Source: Leucoraja erinacea (lineage: Eukaryota). Taken from it: DNA of 64,000 bases. The notes under the pieces are model-generated. The model had not been told where the DNA came from. It saw only the letters and a list, made by a program, of their open reading frames with translations, and did no database searches. Where the stretch lies: contig NC_073377.1 of the NCBI RefSeq assembly GCF_028641065.1, positions 122,698,001-122,762,000 on the forward strand. Direction: 5' to 3'. Within the stretch, counting starts at the first letter, position 1. Every line of letters begins with the position of its first letter. A program made the position numbers and the translations under genes. Below are positions 1 through 11,850 of the stretch, in pieces.

Positions 1-143
1 TCCCGTTCTGTCATCCATTTGCGGTTTTTTTCCAACATGTTGTTGGTCTATTGAATCGTTGGATTTGAAAGTCGGGGCTCAAATTCAAGGCCTTCAAAAT
101 CACAGATAGCAGTTCAGGACAAAGCCAAAGGTATATAGGACGT

Positions 144-360
144 AGACAAAAGTGCTGGAGAAACTCAGCGGGTGTGGCAGCATCTATGGAGCGAAGGAAA
201 TAAGCAACGTTTTGGGCTGAAACCCTTCTTCAGACCCGGAAACTTCTTCGGCCCAAAACGTTGCCCATTTCCTTTGCTCCATAGATGCTGCCACCCGCTG
301 AGTTTCTCCAGCACTTTTGTCTTCCTTCGATTTTCCAGCATCTGCAGTTCCTTCTTAAAC
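144..360. mobile_element. Penelope-like pLTR insertion (inverted plus direct copy) with 15-bp TSD
   Basis: AGGTATATAGGACGT at 129-143 and 361-375. 144-235 is the reverse complement of the 245-330 pLTR sequence. Confidence 0.75.
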
Positions 361-813
361 AGGTATATAGGACGTTTATTTAACAACTTATCTAGTTTTT
401 GGTGTTATTTAATTTTAATCTGATGATGCAAAATAAGTTAATTAGGCCCCGATATCGGCAACATGATTATCCGTATTGTGTAATTGTCTATCCACGATCA
501 CTATTTTCACGCTAAATATATGACTAAAAACTTCCACAGTACACACAGATTAGATTGTGGCCGCCGCCATGTTAAACATCTGTATGTATGTCTGTGTAAA
601 ACGGCCCTTGTGACAAGGCTTGTCCTCGATCACAGCTTTTGAGTTAAGTCAATAGAAAACTATAGGGAACAAGATGCTAATTTCCTAATAACTTTTTTAA
701 TACTTGTAAATAAGCAAACTGTACAATCTGGAGTTCAAGATCATCTTTAATCAGTATCCATAGTATAGCAGGTTGTTAGTTCATCGTTACCGTTTCCAAG
801 ACTGACCAGTATT

Positions 814-2156
814 GGGGGGTTGCACGTAAGGTCACTGGGTCATAGGGCTTGACGCATGGAGCCGCTCAATCTATCTGGAGGACATCCGTAACTTCTGGTA
901 TATGTTATTAATGCAAGAAACGCGTACTTTCCTACCTGTTAAAAAACGCCAAAATGTTGAATTTTTGCGCTGTAAAAAATTGTGGAAGTCGGGGTAAGTG
1001 TGAGAGACATTTACCCAACTTCAGAATTCCAAAAGTGTAGCGAAATTAAGGTAAAGAGAAGCGAGAGCTGAAGGGGCAACAGCAGCTAAAGTGCTTGGCG
1101 AACATTGGCCGTGTAGATATCGGAATTGAAAATATTGTGAATTATCGCGTTTGCTCACTGCTTTTCATCAACAGTAAGGCATTATTTGTGGTTTTTCTTG
1201 ATTCCTTTGGTATCTAAAAAGTCTCAGAAGTGATAAATCTGGCTGTAATTTTTTCTTCAGAGGCGTTTTCTTTTTGTATGTAAAACCCGACTTGAGAACC
1301 CTGGGCGATTTTAAAATTTTACAGCCAGATTTATCACCTCTGAAACTTTTTAGATTTGATTTGATTCAATTTATTGTCATTGCACTTTTCAGTACAACAA
1401 AATGGTTTAGCCTGCAGTCATAACATAGAATAAATAACAAACACTCAACACAGTTTAAGTCCCAAAGTCATTGTCTCTTCCCTCCTTGCTCTCCCTCTGC
1501 GCTGAGGCAATCCAAGCCTCCGATGTTGTGACCCCGCCGGGTGATGGTAGGTAAGTCCCGCGGCTGAATCCGTGCTCCGCAAACGGGCCAGTTCAAACTC
1601 CGCGGCCCGGGGCGGTCGAAGCTGCCGTCCTCCAGTCCAGCGGACGCAGCTGTAGTTGCGGGAGCTCCGGAAAACAGAACTCGAGCTCCCGATGATGTCG
1701 TCCACTGGCCCACGGCCGAGCCTCCGAGGCTCCAAAGTCGGGTCGGAAGTTGGGTCGTACCGCAACCACAGCCCCGAAGTCGGCCAGCCTCGCGTTGGTA
1801 AGTCCTGGCTGACTCCGCCAAAGGAATCAAGAAAAAAAAACAAATAATGCCTTAGTTGATGAAATGCAGTGAGCCAAGCACTCTGGCTGTTGTTGTCCCT
1901 TCAGCTCTCGCTTCTATCTACCGTCATTTGTTCTCACTTTTTGAATTCTGAAGTAGGCTAAATGTCTCTCACGCTTATCCCGATTTCCATAATTATTTAC
2001 AGCACAAAAATTGACAATTTCGGCGGGTTTTAACGGGCCCGCTACGCTGGAAACAATGGTGAGTGCTTACCTGCAGTTCATCGCGTGTACTCCACTTGGC
2101 GTAGCGTAGCAACAGTACTGGTCATGGGTCGTGACCCAACTGCCATGAAACCTCCC
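814..2156. mobile_element. Palindromic non-autonomous DNA transposon (MITE, possibly PIF/Harbinger-type), interrupted by a retro-insertion at about 1356-1816
   Basis: About 950-1210 is a diverged reverse complement of about 1817-2020. There is a central hairpin at 1213-1355. Ends read GGGGGGTTGCA... and ...TGAAACCTCCC next to TA-rich flanks. Confidence 0.45.
1356..1816 (-). mobile_element. GC-rich non-coding retroelement (LINE-dependent, TGACAATAAA + tandem tail), 5'-truncated
   Basis: The reverse complement shares blocks (GACCCGACTTT..GGAG, CCAGTGGACG..ACATCGGGAGCTCG, GGACTTACC..CATC.CCCG) with 31045-31840. Tail reads TGACAATAAATTGAATCAAATCAAA on the minus strand. Confidence 0.6.
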
Positions 2157-2438
2157 TATAGGAAGTGGGTGTTAGTATGAAAGTGGAGTACATGCGATGA
2201 ACTGCAGGTAAGCACTCACCATTGTTTCCAGCGTAGTGGGCCCGTTAAAACCCGCCGAAATTGTCAATTTTTGTGCTGTAAATAATTATGGAAATCGGGA
2301 TAAGCGTGAGAGACATTTAGCCTACTTCAGAATTCAAACAGTGAGAAGAAATGACGGTGGATAGAAGCGAGAGCTGAAGGGACAACAACAGCCAGAGTGC
2401 TTGGCTCACTGCATTTCATCAACTAAGGCATTATTTGT
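1840..2438. repeat. Near-perfect inverted repeat, 258-bp arms (1840-2097 / 2181-2438), 83-bp spacer
   Basis: Arms align gap-free as reverse complements with about 5 mismatches by eye. Confidence 0.9.
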
Positions 2439-2769
2439 GGTGGGGTTAGTGATGCTACTTCTACTATGATTGGTTCACATGCAATAACTGAAGATATGAA
2501 AGTGAATTAGGTAAATATCAAAGGTTTATTTTATGCTTTATCTGGTGGGTTAAATGACAGGCTTGATCTCAAAATGTAACATTCCTACTACGTGTCATCT
2601 TCCTTTGCATCGCATTCCTTTGACTGGTTTGCCTTCAAGACATCACTCTACCTACCAGTTCAACACTGAAGAAGGGTCTCGAAACGTCACCTATTCCTTT
2701 TCTCCAGAGATGCTGTCTGACCCGCTGAGTTACTCCAGCATTTTGTGTCCATATCTTCTGCAGCAAAGA

Positions 2770-3360
2770 TGATCTTTGCTCTGCAGCTCCTCAATGCAGG
2801 AGGGAGCTCCTCTCCCGGCAGGTGACGTCACGGACAGCGCCCAGCCAATGGGCGACGTGGACGGGGGCAGGTGGTGGCGGTCGTTGGACGGCTGCTCGGT
2901 GTCATGGTGTTGTCTTGCTCCGCTTACGGCTGCAAGAACCGGTATGACAAGGATCGCGGCACTTCTTTCCACAGGTAGGCAGGCAGTGGGCCCTGGCTAG
3001 TGGGTTCCGTGGAGGGAGCGAGTTTGCTGCGGCTTTGTGCCCGCAGAGCCTCGGCCGGCGATCCAGAAGCCTTGCGCTGGCTGGCGGGCGGGCGGGCTAG
3101 GCCGCTCCTTGAGCGCAGGGAGGGAGGGAGCTGAACGAGCCGGGTTGTGGGCGATCGAGAGGTGAGGTGGGAAGAGTTGGTCAGGGGAGGAAACTCGGAA
3201 GAAGAGGTGAGGCGGGCAAGGGTTTGCAAGAGAGCGGGATGGGGTGGGTGACGGACTCAGCAATAGTCAGGAAGAGAGTGTGTATGGCTGGATGGGGGTA
3301 GACACAAAATGTTGGAGTAACTCAGCGGGGAGAGAAGCATAGGCGAGGGCCTCGGGGCGG
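2770..3360 (+). promoter_or_regulatory. THAP1 CpG-island promoter with full CRE (TGACGTCA 2823-2830) and CCAAT box (2845-2849)
   Basis: CpG/GC-rich island around exon 1; motifs read directly from the sequence. Confidence 0.7.
2904..2974 (+). CDS. THAP1: THAP1 coding exon 1 (THAP zinc finger N-terminal half)
   Basis: ATG at 2904 gives [23 protein letters not shown](R), close to vertebrate THAP1 [24 protein letters not shown]. 71 nt, donor AG|gtaggc at 2975, inside a CpG island. Confidence 0.95.
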
Positions 3361-3584
3361 TGGAAAGGGACCTACAATGTTGAATGAGGATGAAATTAGA
3401 AAAAAAAGACCAGTGGTCTCTAAGTAAAACAAAAACTAGGTGGGGGTGGATTAGAATGTGTTGAACTGCAGAACTTCCATAATGTTAAGTGTAGGAAGGA
3501 ACTGCAGATGCTGGTTTAAACCGAAGAAAGACAAAAAACACTGAAGTAACTTAGTGGGTCAGACAGCATCCCAAAGAGAAATTG

Positions 3585-4655
3585 GGATGGCTTCCACTAT
3601 AAACCCACTGACTCCCATGGCTATCTGGACTACACTTCTTCCCACCCTGCTTCCTGTAAGGACTCCACTCCCAATTCCTCCGCCTACGTCGCATCTGCTC
3701 CCAGGATGAGGTGTTCTACACCAGGGCATCTGAAATGTCCTAATTCTTCAGGGAACGGGGGTTCCCCTCCTCCAACATAGATGAGGCTCGCACCAGGGTC
3801 TCTCCCATAGCCCGCAACAATGCTCTCTCTCCCCATCCCCGCACTCGCAACAAGGGCAGAGTGTCCCTAGTCCTCGCCTTTCACTCCACCAGCTGTCACA
3901 TACAACAAATAATCCTCCGGCATTTTCGCCACCTCCAACGTGACCCCACCACTCGCCACATCTTCCCATCTCCCCCCATGTGTGCCTTCCACAAAGACCG
4001 CTCCCTCCGGTCAATTCTTCCCTCCCCTCCCGTACCACCCCCTCCCCGGGCACTTTCCGTTGCAACCGCAAGAAATGTAACACCTGTCCCTTTACCTCCC
4101 CCCTCGACTCCATTCAAGGACCCAAGCAGTTGTTCCAGGTGCGACAGAGGTTCACCTGTATCTCCTCCAACCTTATCTACTGCATCCGCTGCTCTAGATG
4201 TCAGCTGATTTACATCGGTGAGACCAAGCGGAGGTTGGGCGATCGTTTCGCCGAACACCTCCGCTCGGTCCGCAAGAACCTACCTGACCTCCCGGTGGCT
4301 CAGCACTTCAACTCCCCCTCCCACTCCGAATCCGACCTCTCTGTCCTGGGTCTCCTCCATGGCCAGAGCGAGCAACACCGGAAATTGGAGGAACAGCACC
4401 TTGGGGAGTCTGCAGCCTGCGGGCTTGAACATTGAATTCTCCCAATTTTGTTAACCCTTGCTGTCTCCTCCCCTTAGCCCTCGGGCTGTCTCATCCCATC
4501 CCCCAACCCTCGGGCTCCTCCTCCTCCTTTTTCCTTCCCTATCCCCGCCACCCCCTATCCATCTGAAGAAGGGTTTCGGCCCGAAACGGTGCCTATTTCC
4601 TTCGGTCCATAGATGCTGCTGCACCCGCTGAGTTTCTCCAGCTTTTTTGTGTACA
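3585..4655 (+). mobile_element. Penelope-like element 3' part (RT thumb, Cys-rich linker, GIY-YIG endonuclease, pLTR), decayed, in THAP1 intron 1
   Basis: YKPTDSHGYLDYTSSHP. ORF 3980-4435 CNRKKCNTC...NLIYCIRCSRCQLIYIGETKRRLGDRFAEH...VAQHFN. pLTR with CTGAAGAAGG..CCGAAAC at 4563. Confidence 0.9.
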
Positions 4656-5139
4656 TCTCAAAGAGAAATCCATTTTCTCCAGAGATGATGTCTGACTGCT
4701 GTTATTTCAGCTTTTTTCGGTCTATTTTCCAAAATGTTAACATCGCAGATTTCTGTTATGGGCAGTATTTTATGTTTATTCATAATTCTAATGCTTTTAA
4801 ACAGTTTTCTTCCCTTTCCTGGTCACTGACTAATTTCTTGCTATGCTTTGTGATGAATCTTCACAAGGGTTGTAGATGTTGATAGGCCTGTGTTTATAAT
4901 CTAATGTACAATGAGGAAATCCCCAAATCCTAGAATTGTAATGAGAGAGACAGCCCTAATATTGATGGCAATTTACATTTTGTCCTGTCTGACAAGATGG
5001 TACCTGAGCTAATCCTTCCAACCAGTAAGGTAAATTAACATATTAAAGGCTCTATAAATTCCTGAACTCTGGTGACGTGCCATGTGAAAAATAAATAGAA
5101 AACATTCATACTTAGAGTAATGGTAGACTAGTTTAACAA

Positions 5140-5710
5140 AGCTACAGCCGTGTGGAGTCTTTGGAAAGGGTACAAAGGAGGTTTACCAGAATGATACCTG
5201 GAATAGGGGGGATGTCTGAAGAAGGGTCTTGACCCGAAATGTCACCCATTCCTGCTCACCAGTGATGCTCCCTGTCCCGCTGAGTTACTCCAACATTTTG
5301 TGTCTATCCTGGATTAAGGGGTATTAGCTACATGGAGAAGTTGGACAGACTCTGGAATGTTGGAGGTTTCGGGGAGACCTGATAGAAGTATATACAATTA
5401 TGAGAGGCGTAGATAGGCTAGACAGTCAGAATCTCTTCTCAGGATGGAAAAATCAAATGCTAGAGGGCATAGCTTTAAGGTGAAAGGGGCAAAGTTTAAA
5501 GGAGATGTGCAGAACAAGTTTTTTTACACACGGTGGTGACTGCCTGGGGTTGTTGGTTGAAGCATTTAAAAGACTTGGATAGGCATATAGATATGCAGGG
5601 AATGGAGGGATATGCGTTATGTGCAGGTAGATAGGTGATGGTCTTGGAATCATGTTCAGCGCAGACATTGTGAGCCAAAGTGCTCTTGTGCTGTACTCTT
5701 CTATGTTCTA
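5140..5710 (+). mobile_element. CR1-type LINE 3' fragment with a nested Penelope pLTR (about 5213-5308)
   Basis: QRRFTRMIPG / RGDLIEVY / RGHSFKV-type CR1 3' coding remnants, TCTATGTTCTA tail. Confidence 0.75.
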
Positions 5711-5903
5711 CTAATAACTGGAATAGACATAATGTGCTTTGTAAATTTGCATCATTTGGACTCTTGCCTGCATTTTGATGTCATCGGGAAAGCATGAGTG
5801 TCTGGAAGAATGGTGTCAATCCAACTGGAAATACCCAATTTTATTGTTAAATGTCCAAGTGCAGCTCTTCTCTCTAATAGTATTTTTAAAACCTGATTTG
5901 AAG

Positions 5904-6105
5904 GTTTCCTCTGAAGCGACCAGAGCTCTGTAAGAAGTGGTTGGCTGCAGTAAGGAGAAGGAATTTTATACCCACCAAAAACAGCAATTTGTGCTCAGAA
6001 CATTTCACTCTGGACTGTTTTAGAAAGAACTGTAACAATAAAATACTGGAAGAAAATGCCGTGCCATCCATATTCTGTTTTACCCGACCAAATCAACAAC
6101 CAAAG
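5904..6105 (+). CDS. THAP1: THAP1 coding exon 2 (C2CH finger completion, AVPSIF box)
   Basis: Acceptor tttgaag|G. Translates [57 protein letters not shown]...PK. Donor AAG|gtaac. Phases fit (71+202=273 nt). Confidence 0.95.
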
Positions 6106-7094
6106 GTAACTTTTGTGTTACTCATTTACAATGCATAAGTATAACAGTTATACATAAGTATATTAATGTGCCTAATTCAAAATAAAACCCGATCATTTCA
6201 ATTGAATAATTAAGATACTATTCTGTTATTCAATAGCATCTTTGGAGAGAGTACACCTTGATTGATTGTCAGTCATGTGTGGGTGAGGAAGAGATCATTT
6301 TCATTTTGAAGTATGTTAGTTTTTTAGATTTACAGTGAACATCTCTTTAGCATTGCAGTGTTACACTGCACTGGGAAACAAGTAGCCTTGTTCTCCAGGT
6401 GTTTAAGAAATAACTGCAGATGCTGGTAAATCGAAGATAGACACAAAATGCTGGAGTAACTCAGATGGTGAGGCAGCATCTATGGAGAGAAGGGAAATTG
6501 AGTATTAAGGTTCAAAGGATTCAAAGGTATTTTATTGTCATGTGATATGCAAATTACCATACAGTAATATGTATGTAACATATGTATGGTAATTCGCATA
6601 TCACTGTACCTTAATTGGTACACGTAACAATAAAAGACCTTTGAAACCTTTGAAACTTAATACTCATACCAACTGCCCAGGGGAGATATCAGGTGCTGTT
6701 CCTCCAATTTGCCCCATTCTGACAGTGGAGGAGGGAAGTGTGAAGAAGGGTCTTGACCCGAAACTTCGCCAATTCCTTCTCTCCGTTGATGCTGCTTCAC
6801 CAGCTGAGTTACTCCAGTATTTTGAGTCTACCTTGTTTCCAGGTAATTGGGTAACTAGCTAGAACTTGTTAATTGATATAAGGTAACACCTGGAAATATA
6901 AAACTGATCCCAATTACAGGAACAGTGCTTTTATTAAGCAGTGTTCTAAGTGGCAGCACCAATGTGTGGACTTGGGAAAGCAAGGGGCTCCAGTGAGGTA
7001 AGAGCAACAATTGGAGTTTAATATTCTGACATTAAATACAAAAATGAATTTCACTCGACCTCGGTACATGTGACATGAAGTACCATTAAACCAT

Positions 7095-7660
7095 GGGATA
7101 CTGAGTTGGATGATCAGCCATGATCATATTGAATGGCGGTGCAGCCTAATTCTGCTCCTATCACATGACAATTATGGTATGTTAGCTTTCATAGCAAAAA
7201 GATTTGAGTATAGGAGCACTGCAGTTGTACAGGGTCTTGGTGAGACCACACCTGGAGTATTGCGTACAGTTTTGGTCTCCAAATCTGAGGAAGGACATTA
7301 TTGCCATAGAGGGAGTGCAGAGAAGGTTCATCAGACTGATTCCTGGGATGTCAGGACTTTCATATGAAGAAAGACTGGATAGACTCGGCTTATACTCGCT
7401 AGAATTTAGGAGATTGAGGGGGGATCTTATAGAAACTTACAAAATGCTTAAGGGATTGGACAGGCTAGATGCAGGAAGATTGTTCCCGATGTTGGGGAAG
7501 TCCAGGACAAGGGGTCACAGCTTAAGGATAAGGGGGAAATCCTTTAAGACCGAGTAGAGAGAAACATTTTTCACACAGAGAGTGGTGAATCTCTGGAACT
7601 CTCTGCCACGAAGGGATCCGAGAAGGCCTATTCCTGCACCTATTTTCTAAGTATCTATGA
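7095..7660 (+). mobile_element. CR1/HER1-like LINE 3' fragment
   Basis: ORF 7204-7557 LYRVLVRPHLEYCVQFWSP...LEFRRLRGDLIETYK...TRGHSLRI, the typical CR1 ORF2 C-terminus. Confidence 0.9.
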
Positions 7661-9255
7661 CGTTATGAGGCCGAATAAGTTGGGAGAGATTCTTTCTCTA
7701 GCCCCAATGAGCTGTTCTTAATGATTAGGGGTGCATATGCAACACAATGCTAAATTGTCCCCTATTACCATTTATACTCCCTACCTTCCCTGCACCTTTA
7801 CTTTAACCCATTGGTTCAGATCCTATATTCTCCTCTAATAAAAATCAATAGACTAGGCATGTAGTGAGGATTGTTCATAGCACGAGCAAGACCGCAATAA
7901 TGACCAGATTGAGTCCTAATCTGCAGAATATTTGGAATGGATTTGAATTCTCTTTGACTTGATTATTGCTCAAAGAATCTGTTTACATTTTGGCTCAAGT
8001 AGTTTGCTTTTCTGGAGTTATAATGTATCTGTCACGTATTAATCTTTCAGATAATTGGTTGAATATAATATAATTTAAATAACCATCCATTTCTGTGTAT
8101 TTGGGCAAATCTGCAAAAGAAGCACTTCAAGCTTTTTTTTCCCTAATGTTGACGACCAGGTAACATTTATCGAAGTTCGTTTCGTCATTGCAATATTTGG
8201 GGTTTATTATTGTACGTCTAGCAATAAAGAATCAATGTAGATGCATTTTCTATCAATATAGAAGGAAATGTTCTGTAATGCAAGACTGTTTACAAACTAA
8301 AGGTGATTTATTTATAACTAACGATATACACATCTGGTAGATGTCTCAATCCGAACAATTAGACACAATTGATGGAAAAACTCTGTATAGTATTTTATAA
8401 ATCTTATATTTGGGGCACATGCTTTAACCATAGGGAATTCTTACCCCTGTGAGGTGAAATGAAAATTAAAGAACTAGGGGAAAACACAAAGCTGTTTATT
8501 TACCTGCTCCATTCAAGCCTGATGTGGTATTTTTGTTTTAAATACATCAACACTTCTTACTATTGGTTTCCTGTAACATGATATAGCCAGGATCTTAAAT
8601 GTGCTGCCCAAATATCAAGGGAATCCCTTTATAACCTGTGTGATTCCTGCTAATTCTGTATCTGTCACCAATCTGGTTTATGAGAGAAATTGGCATTCTT
8701 TTAAATCCTAATTGCTACAATGGATAAAGATTTGTGAATGATGGGTGCTGAATCTTTTCTTAGGATAGCATAAATTTGCAAATTTTTGATGCCTGGGTTT
8801 GTGGTTTTCTGCATCGGTTTGGTCATTGTATTGAATAGAAGCACCACATGACCTCATTGGAGTTTTATTAAAGTCAAATTTTGTTTTACTTAACATAATT
8901 AAAAGCAGAAAATAATATTTTCTGTTTTAAATCAGCAGCTCAGGCAATATCTGTGGAAAGAGAAACAGTTATTGATTCAAGTCTGAAATCCTTCAATTCT
9001 GAATTGATCCCAACATCTTTGGCTTTCTATCAAATTATCTCAAATTTCATTGTTAAATGAAACTTAACAATGAACTTTTCTTTTTGTCAGAGTGCATATT
9101 ATATGATGTGCAGTATTTGCATTTTAAATCTTACTGAAATTATACTTTGGAAATGTTGGATTAGATGAATGATTGTGGGTTCTAGGAATGACTTTGTTAC
9201 AGCTTGTTAACTCTATTGAAATTGTATATTCTGAACTATTCATCACTTTTGATAG

Positions 9256-9591
9256 AAGTTAGAAACGGCATTACCAAGAGCCCAACCTCAGGCAACAGAG
9301 GAAATTATGGAGGAATCCAAATTGAATCAAAAGCATGGACTCCTAACTGTTTTTGACCATAGCTATAGTGTTCGAGATGCGTGCTTACAAAAGAAAAAGA
9401 TTCAGCAGTTGGAGGAACAAAATGAGAAACTAAAGACGAAACTGAGATTCTTACAGCAGAAATCTCGCCGCCAAGAACAACGATTACAAAGAATGAAGAA
9501 GCTATTACAGGAACTTAATACACGAGAGATGTTACCACATAAAACCTGTGTGCTGTTAAATAACACTTTGTATGAATTAATTAAACTTTAA
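9256..9591 (+). CDS. THAP1: THAP1 coding exon 3 (HCF-1-binding motif DHSY and coiled coil)
   Basis: Acceptor ttttgatag|AAG in phase 0, in frame with ORF 9307-9591. DHSY (D/EHxY) motif is followed by a QQLEEQNEKLKTKL...RRQEQRL coiled coil and TAA stop. AATAAA at 9679 and 9732. Total protein 202 aa. Confidence 0.9.
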   Translation, partial: KLETALPRAQPQATEEIMEESKLNQKHGLLTVFDHSYSVRDACLQKKKIQQLEEQNEKLKTKLRFLQQKSRRQEQRLQRMKKLLQELNTREMLPHKTCVLLNNTLYELIKL

Positions 9592-10029
9592 ATGTAATTT
9601 GTTTACCAGTATCACATTTGTTATATAATGTAGAATCATAGCTGAGTATCTTTTACTACCCTTGCTGGTAGGGTTTAAAATAAAAAAATCCTCAAGGTTG
9701 GCTCTGGGGCAATTATTGTTTATAATGTGCAAATAAAAATAGCTTATTAAATTTATCGATGCATTATGGAGGTGGTGAATTGCAGATATCAGAACATGTA
9801 GACTAATAACAGAAATAGCGTGCTACCAAAATTCTAATATGGCCTAGAAGCAATATGATGAGATAGCTGAAGTATTAGAAAGATCTCATCAATCTTGGGT
9901 TACAGAGAATGACTTGTTTTCACATTGAGTGGTAGCAATAAATATAAATTGTGTACAGAGCGAAAATACATATACCATAAGGTTTTTCAGACTCTAAATC
10001 AGTTCCACCTGGGGTTAAGGTTCTGATCA

Positions 10030-10292
10030 TACTGTAGCAGAGGAGAACTTGCTCACAGTGCCAAAGACCTGCCTTTGATCCTGACCTCGGGTGTTGTCTG
10101 AGTGGAGTATGCACATTCTCCCTGTGGGTTTCCCCAGTTTCCTCCACATCCCCAATATGCTTGAGTTTGTACATTAATTAAGTGGCCTCTGTAAATTGCA
10201 CCTAGTGTGTAGAGAGTGGGTGTGAAAGTGGGATAACATCGATGGTAGGTGTTGACTTGTTGGGCTGAAGGGCCTGTTTCCATTCTGTATAT
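10030..10292 (+). mobile_element. V-SINE/HE1-like SINE
   Basis: tRNA-like head remnant, core (..CACATTCTCCCTGTG..GGTTTCC..TCCTCC.ACATCC) and CR1-derived tail GGGCTGAAGGGCCTGTTTCC. Confidence 0.7.
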
Positions 10293-10741
10293 CAACATTT
10301 TAATTGTACTAGTTTTTAACCTTTATATTAAATTTGGAATCTTTATCATAATTTATGCTGTGAAACTGGTTTATAATTAGCCATACTAATTTGACAACTT
10401 CACCTAATGTGATCTAGGGGAAGAAAAAAACATCTCAGTTTCAAGTTCTGTAACTAAATCCTCATCTTGCCATTTACGGTAGTTAAATATATGCTACAAG
10501 TTTCCATTGTTTCAGTATAATTGGTTGTCCAAAATTATAAATGCTATTTGAATAGTAGGCTAACTTTAAAGTTTTGTGACTTGCTATTGCATCCTATTGG
10601 TACTTTTTTCCAAGATACAGAACCAAGAATTGCCTTTGTATGCCTTAATAGCCTTATTATTTACATCCAACTTTAACAGTTAAACTTAAATTAACTGTGG
10701 TGGAATTTTGCCCTTCACATTAGGTTTATTCCATTGTTTTA

Positions 10742-11222
10742 GTCATAGAGTGATACAGTGTGGAAACAGGCCCTTCGGCCCAACTTGCCCACACCGGCCA
10801 ACACGTCCCAGCTACACCAGTCCCACCTGCCTGCGTTTGGCTCAAATCCCTCCAAACCTGTCCTGTCCTGTCCTGTCTAACTGTTTCTTAAATGCTAGGA
10901 TAGTCCCTGCCTTAACTACCTCATCTGGCAGCTCGTTCCATACACCCACTACTCTTTGTGTAAAAAAGGTTACCTCTCAGATTCCTATTAAATCTTTTCC
11001 CCTTCACATTAAACCTATGTCCTCTGGTCCTCGATTCACCTAATCTGGGCAAGAGACTCTGTGCATCTACCTGCATCTACCTGATCTATTCATGATTTTA
11101 TCCACCTTTATAAGATCACACCTCATCCTCCTGTGCTCCAAGGAATAGAGTCCCGGCCTACTAAACCTTTTCCTAGTCCTGGCAATATCCTTATGAATCT
11201 TCTCTGTACCCTTTCCAGCTTG
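10742..11222 (-). mobile_element. CR1-type LINE 3' fragment
   Basis: Reverse complement of the CR1 tail (GGGCCGAAGGGCCTGTTTCCACACTGTAT) and 3' ORF2. Same family as 22238-22570 and 37652-38510. Confidence 0.8.
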
Positions 11223-11239
11223 TGCTGAAGTTCAGTTCA

Positions 11240-11850
11240 CTTCATCTTAGTTTATTGTCACGCGTACCGAGGTACAGTGATAAGCTTTTATTGTGTGCTA
11301 TCCAATCAGCGGAAAGACAATACATGATTACAATCGAGCCATGGGTGTATAGATACGTACATGTTGAGGGAATAACGTTTAGTGCAAGGTAAATCCAGTA
11401 AAGTCCGATCAATGATAGGCTGAGGGACACCAATGAGGTGTTCTCTAGTTGTGGTAGAACTGCTCTCTAGTTGTGGTAGGATGATTCAGTTGCCTGATAA
11501 CAGCTTGGAAGAAACTGCCTGAATCTGGAGGTGTGAGTCTTCACACTTCTGTACCTTTTGCCTGATGGGAGAGAGGAGAAGAGGAAGTGGCCAGGATGCG
11601 ACTCATCCTTGATTGTGCTGCTGGCCTTGCTGAAGCAGCGTGAAGTTTAAATGGAGTCCATGGAAGGGAGGTTGGTTTGTGTAATGATCTGGGCTGCGTC
11701 CACAATTCGCTACAATTTCTTGGTCTTGGATGGAGCTGTTCCCAAAACAAGCTGCGATGCATCCTGATAAAATACTTTTTATTGCGAATCTGTAGAAGTT
11801 AGTGAGAGTTGGGGAATTGCCGAACTTCCGAAGCCTTCTAAGGAAGTGCA
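11240..11850 (-). mobile_element. Rex1/Babar-like LINE 3' fragment
   Basis: Minus-strand HFLRRLRKFG..TLTNFYR..IKSILSGCI..FGN; TGACAATAAA tail. Confidence 0.7.

Noticed and set aside
556-575. GCCGCCATGTT as a Kozak start or YY1 site of an upstream gene
   Set aside because: No ORF or splice donor follows and it is not in a CpG island; probably part of a repeat.
2813-2820. THAP1 autoregulatory site (TNNNGGCA) in its own promoter
   Set aside because: Only five informative bases, so it is expected by chance in a GC-rich island. Cannot be supported without ChIP or conservation data.
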